Origin: Tubulanus polymorphus
Lineage: Eukaryota; Animalia; Nemertea
DNA: 64,000 bases
Reading direction: 5' to 3'
Assembly: GCF_964204645.1 (NCBI RefSeq)
Contig: NC_134028.1
Location: forward strand, 14,763,653-14,827,652
Shown here: one piece after another, positions 42,503-54,950 of the stretch
Numbering within the stretch: position 1 is the first letter of the stretch
How the letters are laid out: every line of letters begins with the position of its first letter
Program-made: the position numbers and the translations under genes
The notes under the pieces: model-generated
Databases searched by the model: none
Told to the model about the DNA's origin: nothing
Seen by the model: the letters and a program-made list of their open reading frames with translations, nothing else

Positions 42503-44138
42503 ATTGAAATAGACATTACAAGTCGACCTGATAAATAAATATGTTATATTTCATGTCATCTCAGTTCATCTCGGTAAATTACGTCATCTCGGTAATAAAA
42601 TGAGGCAAACTGCCCAAACAATAGTTAACTTCAATATGATTACAGAACAGTCAGTTTGAGGTAAGTTGATAGTGTTTTAAAGTGTTACGAACCCTTAGTT
42701 AGTTACCTAATCGTTGGTGGTAAGCTTTTTATAATCGGATGGGCTTATACCAACGTTAGGGATGACAAGGACCAAAACACGGTTGAAAAAAGTAACACTT
42801 CAAAAGTATACTTTCTATTCACTTCAGTCCACAATTAATGGCTTAATTCACAAACTAACACTGGTACCTTTCGAAATAATCCAATTTTATGTATGTTTCG
42901 AGTGGTTAATCAACATTATTTTGAGAAATTAATTAATTTCTCCACCAATTTCGCCATTGGCCGCCATTTCTCTGTATTGCACATGTGGCATGATAAGACA
43001 AGGGGACCTACAAGGATTTATATAAAACTTTTAAGACGAAACGACAATTTTTATTTTTGATGGTTTTCCAACTTATATTTCAAATCTTCATGTTTTCCAT
43101 AATAAATAATGAAGTAATAAATTCTGGTAAAAGAAAAATGTGAATAAGTGTTGATTTCTTAATTTTTTTCAATTTCGTCGTTTCGCTTCGTTAGTTTGTG
43201 CTGTTGTCCTGGCCTTAGTCCACAGGTGCCAGCACCTCCAGTAATTTTCAAAATGGCAGCTGTTGACCCGACGGAAATTTACCCTCACTTTACGGCCGAT
43301 TTGCACATGGATTAAGATCGTCAGGTGAGGTGTTATAGGTATCAGACAAACTACGAATCTGTTGTGCGTCGATTACAACAAAAAATAGACGGATATCTTA
43401 GTCTTAAGAGACAATGAAATGCCAGGCAAATTACTCGTCAGTCAAATTGGCTGACGAAGATTTCATACAAAAATGACCTTCCCATTCCTGACTGTGGTTT
43501 GTGAAAATATCCGATTGTGAAACTAAACCACAGACAGGTTACTGACTAACGAACCCTGTGGCTGTGCTGTACGACTCGACTGTACTGACTGTGTACCACT
43601 ACTAACTACTAATATACAAGACTATCGTCCTCCAGGCCTAATTAGCAGCGGTTAACTCAAAGGTACCATGCATGCAGCAGTTGCTTGTTCATATTCGAAA
43701 ATAATGTATCAAATAAACTTAAATGACTACCTTATTGACTTTGAAAATGTCTTCTATATGTTAAATTCTGATGATTTTGCGGCATATCGAGAATTACTTC
43801 AATTGATTTAAATTTAATTTATTGAGCGGTTCCGATACTTAGATAGACTGGTCGCCTGTCCAATTCAATTCAATATAATAAAATATGTGACACAGATCTG
43901 GATCTTAAAAGGTTTACAAGGTATATTCGTTATGCGCCAAGTGGGAATATCGTGCCAAGTAAGAATTATCGGCGGAAGTGCATGCCAGAGTAAGAATCAA
44001 AATGCAAACAACATCCTATACTGAAACGTTGGCAATAGTAGGAGGCGCCACGGATACTTGCGCCAAGTTGGAATAACTTTTTCGACAAGTTTCGACTCAG
44101 CGATTTAACAGTTTTTTTTTCAGTTTTCAACATACAAT

Positions 44139-47100
44139 ATGATGTTCTTAGGTTCTACTGCTTGGGCATTTTCTAAGAGGCCTTCAAAATACACTCGTGG
44201 TCTTGCTAATTATGGGCAGTCTTGTTATATGAACAGCGTTATTCAATCGGTTAAGTGTGTAGCAGAACATTTCAAACTGTTCTCTAAAAAGTCCGCAGAA
44301 AGCCAGAATTCAATGGAGCTTTTCAATAGATGTCGTAAGTATATATAAACAGTCAGGAACACTTTCCAAAAACGGCTTATTCTGCCAATTTCGGCGTTTT
44401 CCGCCAATTACGGCAGAATCAGCCGTTTATGGATCACTCAGTTTTGAAACTTTCACAGTCGTTTATGGCTTAATCAGCCAGTTTCAGCTCACTAAGTTTC
44501 GAGTTTTGCTTTAAAGTTTTTTGCGCACTTCCGGTTCAATTAGCGCATGTTGCCGATGACGTCATAATCTCGAGCAGACGATAAGCTTTCATATGACGCT
44601 AGGATGGAAATTTTTGAGCTAGGTAAAGTGGTCAAATTTACGTTTTTCTAAATGATTACGTCATATGAAGCCCAAAAACTCCGGGAAAACTCTCAAAACT
44701 ACTACAGCATGAAACAAGTTTATTAATCATGATTTTTGTTAAAAATAAATTTGGGAACTAGTTTTAAAAACTATTATAAAGTTTTCAAGTAAACGTTGCC
44801 ATGGGTACACATAAAAACATTCGCCATTTCTGGCGTATTCCGCCGTTTTTGGCGTAGTTAGTTTTATAATCATAAACTATTAAGCCATTATTGGCAGTCC
44901 CCTTGTTATATATGAGGATTCCCCCACCCACTTAGACGTTTCCCCTAGTGTCTACGCGGTACTTTTTTCGGAATAAAATAATTAATTTGCTGAGGTGAAC
45001 GGATGTGTAAATATTATATGTTAAAAATAAAAATAAAATTAGTATTATTATAATTATCATTCTCATAAGACAAATCAATCATGGATGTATAAACTAGTGT
45101 ATCAAAAATCTAGTTTTAAGTTTTGCCCACGGTCTTATCTTGCCTAATAAAGCATAGAATGGTTGAGGGATATATTGGACTGCATATGATGTTGGTTAAT
45201 TGAAGGTAATTAACATCTTCGATGCCTCCAAGCTAATTGATGGATTCTTGTGATGGATAATGATTGAATGAATTGGTGGCCGATGACGTTACAACTCAAA
45301 ATCGATACAGCTGTATCTAGACTCATTTCAAAATACAACAAACATTTTCGAAACAATTTGGGATACATGTATGTATATATTTATTTCATAGAATACAGGT
45401 ATACAGAAAGAACAGAATTCAAATACATTTGCCATCGGAAACCCATACATTTATATTTAATTCTTTCTTGAAGCCTGGAACGGATCAATGAGATTAATTT
45501 TTCGGCGCAAATATACAAATGTATGCCAGCAGAAAAGCGATGATGTCATAATAGGGACTCCCATCGAACTAAGCATTATAAATAGCACCTGTAAAACTAT
45601 CTAAGCTAAAAACGCCGTTCCTGGCGATGTAGTTTTAAAAACTGTAACAGCTGAAAACGGCGGAAATGGCGTTTTTTAAGAACAAGCCAAAAATGGCAGA
45701 AAACGCCGATTTCGGCTAAATTGGCAGAAGCAGTTTAAAACTGAGTAATCCATAAATGGCTGATTCTGCCGTTATTGGCGGAAAACGCCGAAATTGGCAG
45801 AATAAGCCGTTTTTGGAAAGTGTTCCTGACTGATAAAGCCCATTTTGAAGGCTTTAAAGAATGGAAGTGGATATTTTGCCAATAATGCAGCATTATTTTA
45901 GTAAACCAAGTGGCTATTCGTACAGACACGTACGAATAATTCCGTAGGCTATTCGTACGCGCCCGTATGAATAATTCCGTAGGCTATTCGTACGCACCCG
46001 TACGGATTACTGTGGAATTATTCGTACGGTCAGGCTAGTCAAAACATTCGGCTGACTGTCAGTGAGCTCAGTGGTCTAGTGGTATGATGCTGTGCTGTTT
46101 ATTTACTGGCCCAGGTTCGAGTCTCGCTTGATCCACTCTATTGTTCTCTAACTATATTCTCCACACTTTCCTTGAATGGCGGGCGTTTATCGGCCAATCA
46201 GCGACAGTTATTAGCGTACAGATCCTTCACCCAGCACTGGCAGTAGTTGTCTCCACCAGTGATCTCCGTCGCTCTACGATCCTAGTGTAACCAATCCTGT
46301 GGTACATCAGACACTAAGATTCTTGGTGAAACAGATCCTAGTTCCGTATGAATAGCCTCCAGAGTAATCCGTACGGGTCCGTACGAGTAGCCACAGCGAT
46401 ATGCTATTTTGCCAATGCCCAATGGCTATGAAATGTAACAATAAAATCGCGCCGGTTAGGGCAAAATATTGGCTGCGTTTCTTATTATTAGACTATGTCA
46501 TTTTTCCAATGACTTGTTTTGATTGCCTAATTGATGCTGCGCAAATGCAAAACTTTGAAAATTCAAGAAAATTTGAACAGATTTAGAGAAAATAGAGCGG
46601 GATTCGAACCCGGACCAGTGTATATATCCTCTAAATATAAATATAAAATACGTTCTTGCAATCTGGCTGTAAGTTTTCAATTCATATAGCATTCAACGTA
46701 TCGTATCTCAACCCTACCCTAACCCTTTCATCTCTCTAAGTGTAAAACGGACCCTTAAACTAACCCTAACTCCCTGGGCCCGGTTTTACATACAGGGATT
46801 AAGCCTCTAATTTGGGTTAGTTGCCCAATTCGAATAAAAATTTTTAGGTTAATTTTCGATGCCCATTTCAAAAATGCAAATTAAGATATTTATCATATAT
46901 CACCTACACATTTTTAGATTTAGGGCCTATTGAAAATCTCATTGGAGAAAGAATTGCAAAGAAAATACGGAACGATCAATTATACAATTTCATTGTACAA
47001 CCAAAAAATCCTACGATATTTATGAATGAAACCTTGTTCATGTTATAGGACTAATGCATTATGGGCAACTAATTCAGAATTATCTGAGATAATTTGAATT

Positions 47101-50100
47101 GGTTAATTTTTCGCTAATTTGTGTTAGTGAAACAGATTTAATCATCAAATGATCTATGCCTAATTCGAAGAATTTTTTATTATCACCTTCGAATTCGAAG
47201 TTAACTGGCGTTCGTGAAACGACCACCGGTATTCAGACTAACTATAGATACCATATAGCCTATGCTATTATGATATATCTAACTGAAATATTTATCATCA
47301 TCTATATATATTATTTTAAGTATCGCTACTTTTCAGCTGCACCAAAATATACGGCCCCGTGACTTGACTTGGATGTCATTTGGGGCAGAGCCCTGTGAAT
47401 ATCAATGCCTGAGGAATAGCCTAATGCATATCGGTACAATTTTAGTCAAGTTACCTAGGCATATTTTTACCACAATTGCAAAATTGTCACCACTTTGCAA
47501 AATTGTAGCTCATGATGAGTTCTATGATTGGATATATAGGCCTAATCATCATCAAATTTCGGTGAGGAGCCATAATTTGACTTTATGCTTAGCCCATATA
47601 AAGGATGGGTACCGGTATATATGTTATCCTATGTGTATGACAACCTCCCTCTCCTGACTTGACGCGATGGAACTGAGCGCAGGAATACCAGCCAATTAGA
47701 GACCGAATGATCATAGTACAAATTTTGATTGCTACATTAGTGTCATTTGTATCATGTCACAAATATTTACCGGTAATTTCAAGTAGTTTCAAACGCAAAC
47801 CAAACGTCCAGCATTGCAGTTGACTGGACTAAAGATCTAGAAACGAAATTGGTAGAATTACGTAGTGAGCGGCCATCTTTATATGATGTCGCTTACACAT
47901 TGTATTCAAAACAGAATCAGAAAGATAAAAGTCTTAACGAAACTGCTTTTCAACTGGAAATATATTTCGCAATTCAAAATAATTTAAATCTATCCTCAAA
48001 ATGCTCATGACCATGTGATCCAGTGCAGTTGCCAGTAATCGGAACCGGACAAAAGCAGGGAAGCAACTGGGAGGATCTCATATCCCGCTAATCAGCCTCA
48101 AGCCAGCCTTAAGGGTGGGATGATAGTTAATTTGTCTAATCGTCTCACAGCCAAGCATTCCTATTGTTCATAGAATTGACACATAACATCTTTGATTTAG
48201 AGGTAAAGCAGGATAATTTCACCCAGACACTGGAGGATCTGTGTCTAGTTCTGCGAAGTACATCAGCAAATATTAGTCATGTAGTGAATCCTAGTGCCAT
48301 GAAATGTCTTTTGCCTAGTAAGTATTTACTTTGATCAAAATTTCTCATTATACTGCAATTTTTAGTCATTTGAAATAAAATATCTCTAATTCATGAACTA
48401 GATTAGTTGTGTAATTTGAGAATTAAAGTGTTTTTGACCTAATGTTTATATTTCAATTTCCTTTTCCTGACAGAATAATGGCAAAATGGTTGGTATATTA
48501 TATAATCTTCCTATTTGTTTTTCATCAATTTTCTTTGCTTCACATTGTCTATGTAAATACTCTACACATATAGGCTTCATCTCAGGGTATTAAGTATTAA
48601 GTAATCCACATGATTATGTCTCATTACAATGCAAATGCTTTTTAACCCACTTGGGACTTAAATCCTAGCGGGCCTAATTTGTTCACTTTTCATTCATTGT
48701 TTGTAGACAGGCCCCAGTAATTTGTGGAAAATTGAACTGTAATTGATGCTTCAATGGTTTGTTTTGATATTAGGTTAATAGCTACTTTAGATGCATCTGG
48801 AGCCAAAAACTGGCCTGATCAAATTCCAGATGGCTGGCTGGGAAATCTTGAATATGCTTCAATGAAGTTCCTTGATATTTTGACAAAAAAAGGTCACTTG
48901 TGCCCTGAATTCTGAGACCTGTAGCTTCCTAATGGTAGTGATTATGGTTTGCCATTATAATGTGTTGAAATTCGTGCTGGGTGAGTTTCAAGGTACATAA
49001 TTCGTTTCTGAGTATGATCACCAGGCGAATAACGGAATAATGTGGTATTTGATTATTTTCAGATTGTCAAGCATTTCGCCAGTAGGCGTGGTGTCCTAGT
49101 TGTGTGGTTGCACCAAAAGTCTTTTTTCACCTTATTGCAGCGATTTAGGAAAACATTTTATGTGCCTATCTCAGGAAAAGTGATCAGATGGGCTTATACT
49201 AGGAATAGCCTGTATCAAACACTTTTGATATGATATTTAATTATAGTATGATTTCTTGCCAAACCAATGACAGTCACATAGGCGTTATTTTCTTGGAAAT
49301 TCCATAGGTATCCCCTAATTTTGAGTAGGGTCTTAAATGACTAGAGCCTCATTGCCACTTGCTTCTGTATCTGAAGACTTTGAGGTGACCACAATGACCA
49401 GTGCAAATTGAATATTTCACTCCTATTTCATCTGTTTTCTGTTTTATATATGTTGCCTCGCTTCATGACTTTTATGCTATTCATGTATGTTATACACTAC
49501 TATGATCAAAATATGTAGGTGATGTCTCGAGGAATGAGACACTTGCCTATCTGTTCTATAATGAAGAGCTGGATGGTTTGGTGTTCATACACAACCGTGG
49601 TGAACTGGAAAAAATGTGGTTTTGCTTCTTTCTCACTTCTTTCTTCAACTTTCCTTTACTGAACCAAACTGATTTTCACCCCATTTTATCTTAGATATAG
49701 GGCTCTACTCAAGACGTCAGTGTGATGCCCATGAGTTCTTCATTCGTTGGATGAGTAGAATTGAAGATGAAAATTCAAGGTAAACAAAATGAATGAAGCA
49801 ACGAGCGAATGAACGAATGCAATTATGTTTATAGTTATCAAAAAATTGAGGCTAGATAGATGATGAATATAATGTGTGTTTATTTTTTCAGTTCTGATTT
49901 TAAACAGATTGTTAAGTTTTTCCATGGTTCTCTTCAAACAAAAGGTATTTTAAGTAGCAAAGCTTTTCAAGCAATGATTCATTCATTTTTACTACACTTA
50001 ATTTTCACATCAGTAAGCCCTGTTTGAATATTTTATGACTTTCTCTTTCAGTCATCTGTAGATCCTGTTCTACTGAATCAACACAAACTGATGGATTCAC

Positions 50101-51376
50101 AAACCTCAGTCTATCACTTGGGGTGTGTAGCTGTGTTTTTGGTCCCTTAAACCGCTGAATATTTCTATATGTTTCCTATAAATAGTTCCTATATGACATT
50201 AGAGATTTTCTTTGTATTTCAGAAGGATAAAGGAAAAGGAGTCACAACCCTTGTCTCGTTACTTAATTCATATTTTTGTAGTGAGGAACTGGATGACTAT
50301 GAGTGTTCCCAGTGAGTTTGTTATGTTTATTTCATGTAGTGATCATAAGTACTGATTCCATATTTATAGGTATTATCTTTTAGCTATGATTTCATTTCCA
50401 TCGTTTTTCATTGAAGTTGCAAATTAAAGGTTGCAAGGAAATCTACTAAACCTTTGAAGGCTCCTGAATGTTTAGCTATTCAAATTAACAGGTAAATACT
50501 TAATCTGTCAATTTGCTTAAACTGCTTTTGTGTAACTGAAAACACATTTTTTGAGGCACCCTGTAGAATGGTATTTTACGCATGGCATACGGTATGAACA
50601 GTATCTCTAGAATTAATTGGTGGAGTTATAACTAATAGACTGTCTTGTCCTTTTAAGATTCAGTAAGACATTGGAAAAAAGAAATGATTTTGTGAGATTT
50701 GATGAAGTTCTTAGCTTCCACAACGAGGTATGCTCATTTACTGAAGATATTCTAGTTTTTTAGGAATACTGCACATAAATAACACTGTCACATATTTTTC
50801 AGAATTTTAAACTTTGCAGTGTTGCGGTTCATCAAGGCTCTTCTTTGGAAGGAGGACATTATATATCTTTTGTTTGCGATATTGATGGTAAATGGTTTGA
50901 AACAAATGACAGTAAGGTACTGTAAATCCATTGATCATTTGCAACCAGGAATATTTTATCATTTATTGATTATTCATCAGACACCTGGCAGCTATGTCTT
51001 GAACATGAGTCAGATAACTAAGGCGAATCACCATTCTGACGCAGCACCTAATTCTTTAATCTGGTTCATGCCCATTCTGTCACATTATATAACAAAAACC
51101 AATGCAAAATGTGCAATTACAGGCAAAAGTGACTCAAAAGTTTTATTATCATAAAATAATCGCTGCGGACAAACCCTTTGGAACCACAGGAGCTCTATAT
51201 GAAAAACAAGCATACATCCTGTATATTTTTGTCATAATATCAAATGAGGACAGAGAAGTTAGTTCCGTTCATTTGCACAATATAACGTAACTTAATCTTT
51301 ATTTTAGGTATTGAGAGCCAATAAGGATTGGGTCCTATCCCAGAATGCTTACATGCTATTTTATATAAAAGTACCA
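44139..51376 (+). CDS. Ubiquitin-specific protease (peptidase C19) domain, 10 exons
   Basis: Exons 44139/44152-44334, 48201-48317, 49695-49779, 49892-49944, 50052-50122, 50223-50311, 50417-50491, 50658-50727, 50803-50916 and 51308-51376 join in phase with no stop. Motifs: GLANYGQSCYMNSVIQ, QCDAHEFF, FHGSL..CRSC, YECSHC, PECLAIQINRF, VHQG..GGHYISF...WFETNDSKV, AYMLFY. Confidence 0.88.
44350..45832. mobile_element. Non-autonomous TIR element with ~100-bp TIRs in the first USP intron
   Basis: CAGTCAGGAACACTTTCCAAAAACGGC... and its reverse complement, with 5-bp flanking ATAAA. Confidence 0.88.
45910..46394. mobile_element. MITE with subterminal TATTCGTACG repeats containing a tRNA-like segment
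   Basis: GTGGCTATTCGTAC ... GTACGAGTAGCCAC. A-box-like TGGTCTAGTGG and B-box-like GGTTCGAGTC lie within 46064-46134. Confidence 0.55.
47670..48110 (+). mobile_element. Second, partial copy of the MADF-remnant Harbinger derivative
   Basis: Colinear similarity to 15800-16230 (AAGATCTAGAAACGAA, CAGAATCAGAAAGATAAAA, CAAAAGCAGGGAAGCAACTGGG). Confidence 0.75.
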
Positions 51377-51427
51377 GTATGTGTTCTTTCTTATTTTGTC
51401 ATATAATATTCAACTTTATGTAGTTAA

Positions 51428-51636
51428 CCCTTAACTTGCTGCAGGCTACTGAGTCGACACACTGGGCCTCTTAAGACATGGCAAGTGCCTATACTCGTGA
51501 ATCCGAACCCGGAAGTGATTTCACTTTTCGCGCTGGGCCCCCCAAAAATGACCCCACCCAGTGTACCCCCTCTTTCAAAAATCGGAAGTTTAATTTCATC
51601 AACATGCAAATGATCTTGCTGCCAGAAGGTTAAGGG
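51428..51636. mobile_element. piggyBac-type MITE
   Basis: TTAA|CCCTTAAC ... GTTAAGGG|TTAA. Confidence 0.75.
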
Positions 51637-51675
51637 TTAAACTCGCCAGTAATGCACGATACAACGGTAATTAGG

Positions 51676-52077
51676 ATTTAGGATGCAATATATATTTTTA
51701 ATGAGTCTAAATATTATTTTTCAGACAAGGACAACGGCAGATAATTCACACCAACCCGATCCTCAGGTATGTGAAACATTTTACACGTTGATTTTTCTAA
51801 AAATGTGTCATAACTTGGAATTTAGGATGCAATATATATTTGTAATGAGTCTAAATATTATTTTTCAGACAAGGACTACAGCAGATAATTCACACCAACC
51901 CGATCTTGAGGTATGCGAAACATTTTACACGTTGATTTTTCTAAAAATGTGTCATAACTTGGAATTTAGGATGCAATATATATTTGTAATGAGTCTAAAT
52001 ATTATTTTTCAGACAAGGACTACAGCAGATAATTCACACCAACCCGATCCTCAGGTATGTGAAACATTTTACACGTC
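51676..52077 (+). repeat. Tandem 144-bp intron+exon repeat (3 micro-exons TRTTADNSHQPD(P/L)(Q/E))
   Basis: 42-bp phase-0 exons at 51725-66, 51869-910 and 52013-54, each flanked by TTTCAG and GTATG. Confidence 0.85.
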
Positions 52078-54950
52078 GCCCAGCCGCCCCTGTATGTGTT
52101 TATGAGTTGTAGGTTTAGATGTTGTATTTCGGGTGTCGGAAAATGGTCGGTTTCATGTGGAGATCAGTGTGACTTGTTTGAATCTTGAATCTTGCAATGG
52201 AGTCTGATCATTTTCACACCTTTAGATTATTGTATCGCTATGAAATTGTATGTGATGGCTAAGGATTAGAATGTTATTACCGGGTACGTATATTTCTAAT
52301 TATTCCATCCATCTGGGGCCCAGTTTCACAAAAAGGATTAAAGCCAAAATCGATCAAAAAAAGATAAACTGAATTAATGAAGAAATTAAATCAATTTAAG
52401 AGTTAAAACTTTTTGTGGAACTTGGCGGCCCATTTTACTCTACTTTATTAGTGCGAGGATGTAGTGTATCATGCTAAATTTCAGAAGGCTAGGCCTACTT
52501 GTATCCAGTCATGTGCAATATGTACATAGGATTATTAAACTAAGATGAATGTATAGTTCTCTACTCATTTATGAATTGTATTCTTTTTTATTCGCATATT
52601 TTATTTGTAAAATTGTAAAATGAACAAGTTAACTATGAAATAATAATCGATATATGTTAAGTTTATAATTCTTCTCGTTTTCACTGTCAGGAGAGGAGGA
52701 AGCCAATGCCTAACGAGAGAAATCCCAGAATAGAATCAGCCCAAAATGAAAAGTTCTATAGCAAAGTGGTATATATTTTGAGCAACATATATGCTAAATA
52801 CTATTAGCCATCATCAGATTATACCGATGTATATAGAATTTTACTCAAGAACTTAACATTTTTGGCTGAATCTATTGTGAGATTTCTCTCATTATTCATA
52901 TTGTTTATCTTTCAAGACTAAGTCTCTTTTGATTTGCTTATTTTATGTGTGAGACCATAGTAAGTGAGGGCAAGTCAAAGAGGCTGGTTGCAGTAGTGAT
53001 GTGCTGGAGGCATTTGGAATGACACTACACCTCCGAGGACCAGAGAAGTAGGAGCCGGTGTTTGGATGACTGATCTCGTATCGTGTCAAGGACCCTGACT
53101 TGATTGAGTACCTGGCAGACACTCGTCCTGATTGGTCAAGTGACTTCATTTAGATAATGTAGTCACCTGGGAAAGATTTCGCACTCATCTCGGACACTAG
53201 TTTACCCCTTTTAGACCTTTTATTCCTGGAGTCGGCCATTATTCATTCATCAACCTTCAGAGGATGACATTTTCCCTTTTCACTACCACTCCCCGGGACT
53301 GTTTGACGATGGCGGACCCTTGTAGATAGCCACGCCCTGACGAAGAAGCCTTTAGATTCTGGCGCATAGGATTTCGTTGATATTTTGGACATGCTACATT
53401 GGCTTCACTGGCACCATAGGGACAATCACTATATGTGCGTACATATAGATATGTCAGTGGCTGATCCAGGGGTTTGCGCAGAGGGCACGTGCACCCCCCT
53501 AAAGACATTGCTCTTTTTTTAGAGTCTGACCTTTTCGTGAGAAAGAAGAAAGAGCATGTGAAAAATCCCTGAAAATGTGTTGGCCTAAGCATTGTTGTCA
53601 TTTACCGATGCTTTTATCTGCAGTCCTCTAGTTCATGGAGTTTCATCGATGTTCATTGCTCCATTTGGTTGAATGACTGGACTGGTTCCAGACGTACTCT
53701 GATTGCGCACCTAGTTTTTAAAGATTATAGCCCTTGATTTTTTTCCTCTTACACTCGCTCGTGTGCATCCATATTGAACTCACTTGTGTGCATCCATATT
53801 TGAATGTAGTTTATAGTTTTGTCAACCCTCTACATTTTATATTTGATAGGCCTCAAACAGTCGCACTAAAGCTTCTGTGTCACGTGATCACATGCCAGAT
53901 GATGATAAGTATGTTTTGAGAAATGACGTTTCCACTGAGACATGCTCATTAGAAAACTAGAATTTCATCCCATGTTAATGATAGATTTTCAGATTCAAAT
54001 CCTATAGATCATTCAGAGAAAGCACATGACTCTGCTAAGAAAGCATCATCTAAGTAAGTCTATCTATGAAACTTATTATATTCTAAAAGGTTTTTCAGGA
54101 AAAATTTCAACAGGTCTTGATAGTCTTAATGTTTAATAATTGACTGCATTATCGTAGGATACATCTCCTTGCTCGGAATTGTGGTCTTTTGTTCTCTCCC
54201 CACCACGGATAGTTTGATATTAAATTTAATATTTTCCCTTTATATTGGTACGTATGCATATTTTGTTAACCCAATCAATTGCACATTGGTAGCCCATGAT
54301 ATGGTATGGTTATGTTGAGTTAGAAGGCGATGGCTTCTGCTATATGTTAACCATGGAATATTATGGTATATATGCTCAATTGATTGGCACTATGGCATTT
54401 AAAAGTCAGTGTCATCTATTGCTGTATTTGTTCATCAGGGGGTGTTGAATATTGAAATTTTGGCTGTCAAATATTTTTCGAAGTTGTCAGTTTAACTAGT
54501 TTAACCAAGAAAACTTTATTGATTAAAAAAAGAGCACAATTGGTACAAAATATTATTCAATGCCCACAAATGCTGGTGGTTAAACCTAAGATTCGCTTTA
54601 TGGTTTAGTTTGTTTTAGGATACAAAATTGTTCATTTTATTACGTAAGATACTTGAGACTAAAAGCTGGCCAATTTATTCGCTACAATAAATTTTCATTC
54701 ATTTTATAACAGAATTACAGATGATGTGAAAAGATCTGATGTGAAAAAAAGAGGTAAGCTAAGATAGCATGGGTTATTCAGATACATTCTCACCTTTGTT
54801 TTATAAAATACCTTTGTTTTATAAAATCAGAAATGATTTCCTGGTGGGAATGAATCTTTTTCCTTACTGCTAGGCCACAAATTAAAATGATTGGTTTCAT
54901 AAGGCATTAGGCCTATGTATGAATGTGAATAGAGGTGTTTCATTTTTTAG

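Larger units (their letters stand above)
30824..42530. mobile_element. Large TIR DNA transposon, Academ/DUF6589-like transposase plus PHD ORF, with nested insertions
   Basis: Left TIR CAGGTCGACTCGCATATGTATTTCTACAGGTATCCTGTAAAT. The right TIR at about 41760-41797 is completed by GTCGACCTG at 42522-30 after an insertion. Flanking ATAAA on both sides. The superfamily assignment is inference. Confidence 0.7.

Noticed and set aside
42683-42720. TGTTACGAAC as an alternative Ginger/LTR left terminus
   Set aside because: No matching inverted or direct partner was found in the window.
43253-43324. ATG-initiated first coding exon of the USP gene (MAAVDPTEIY...)
   Set aside because: There is an in-frame TAA before the donor, and it lies outside the putative TIR. 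At most a non-coding or uORF exon.
46064-46134. Functional tRNA gene
   Set aside because: Acceptor and anticodon stems do not pair convincingly.
48775-48892. Exon-like open stretch (LIATLDASGAKNWPDQIPDGWLG...) inside a USP intron
   Set aside because: The USP splices in phase without it, the donor is weak, and no motif was recognised.
51683-52105. 140-aa repetitive ORF as a standalone protein
   Set aside because: It is read-through of a 144-bp tandem repeat that includes intron sequence; only the 42-nt exons look coding.
52940-53450. GC-richer segment with short ORFs in the linker region
   Set aside because: Stops occur in the frames examined and no domain was recognised; probably a decayed insertion.
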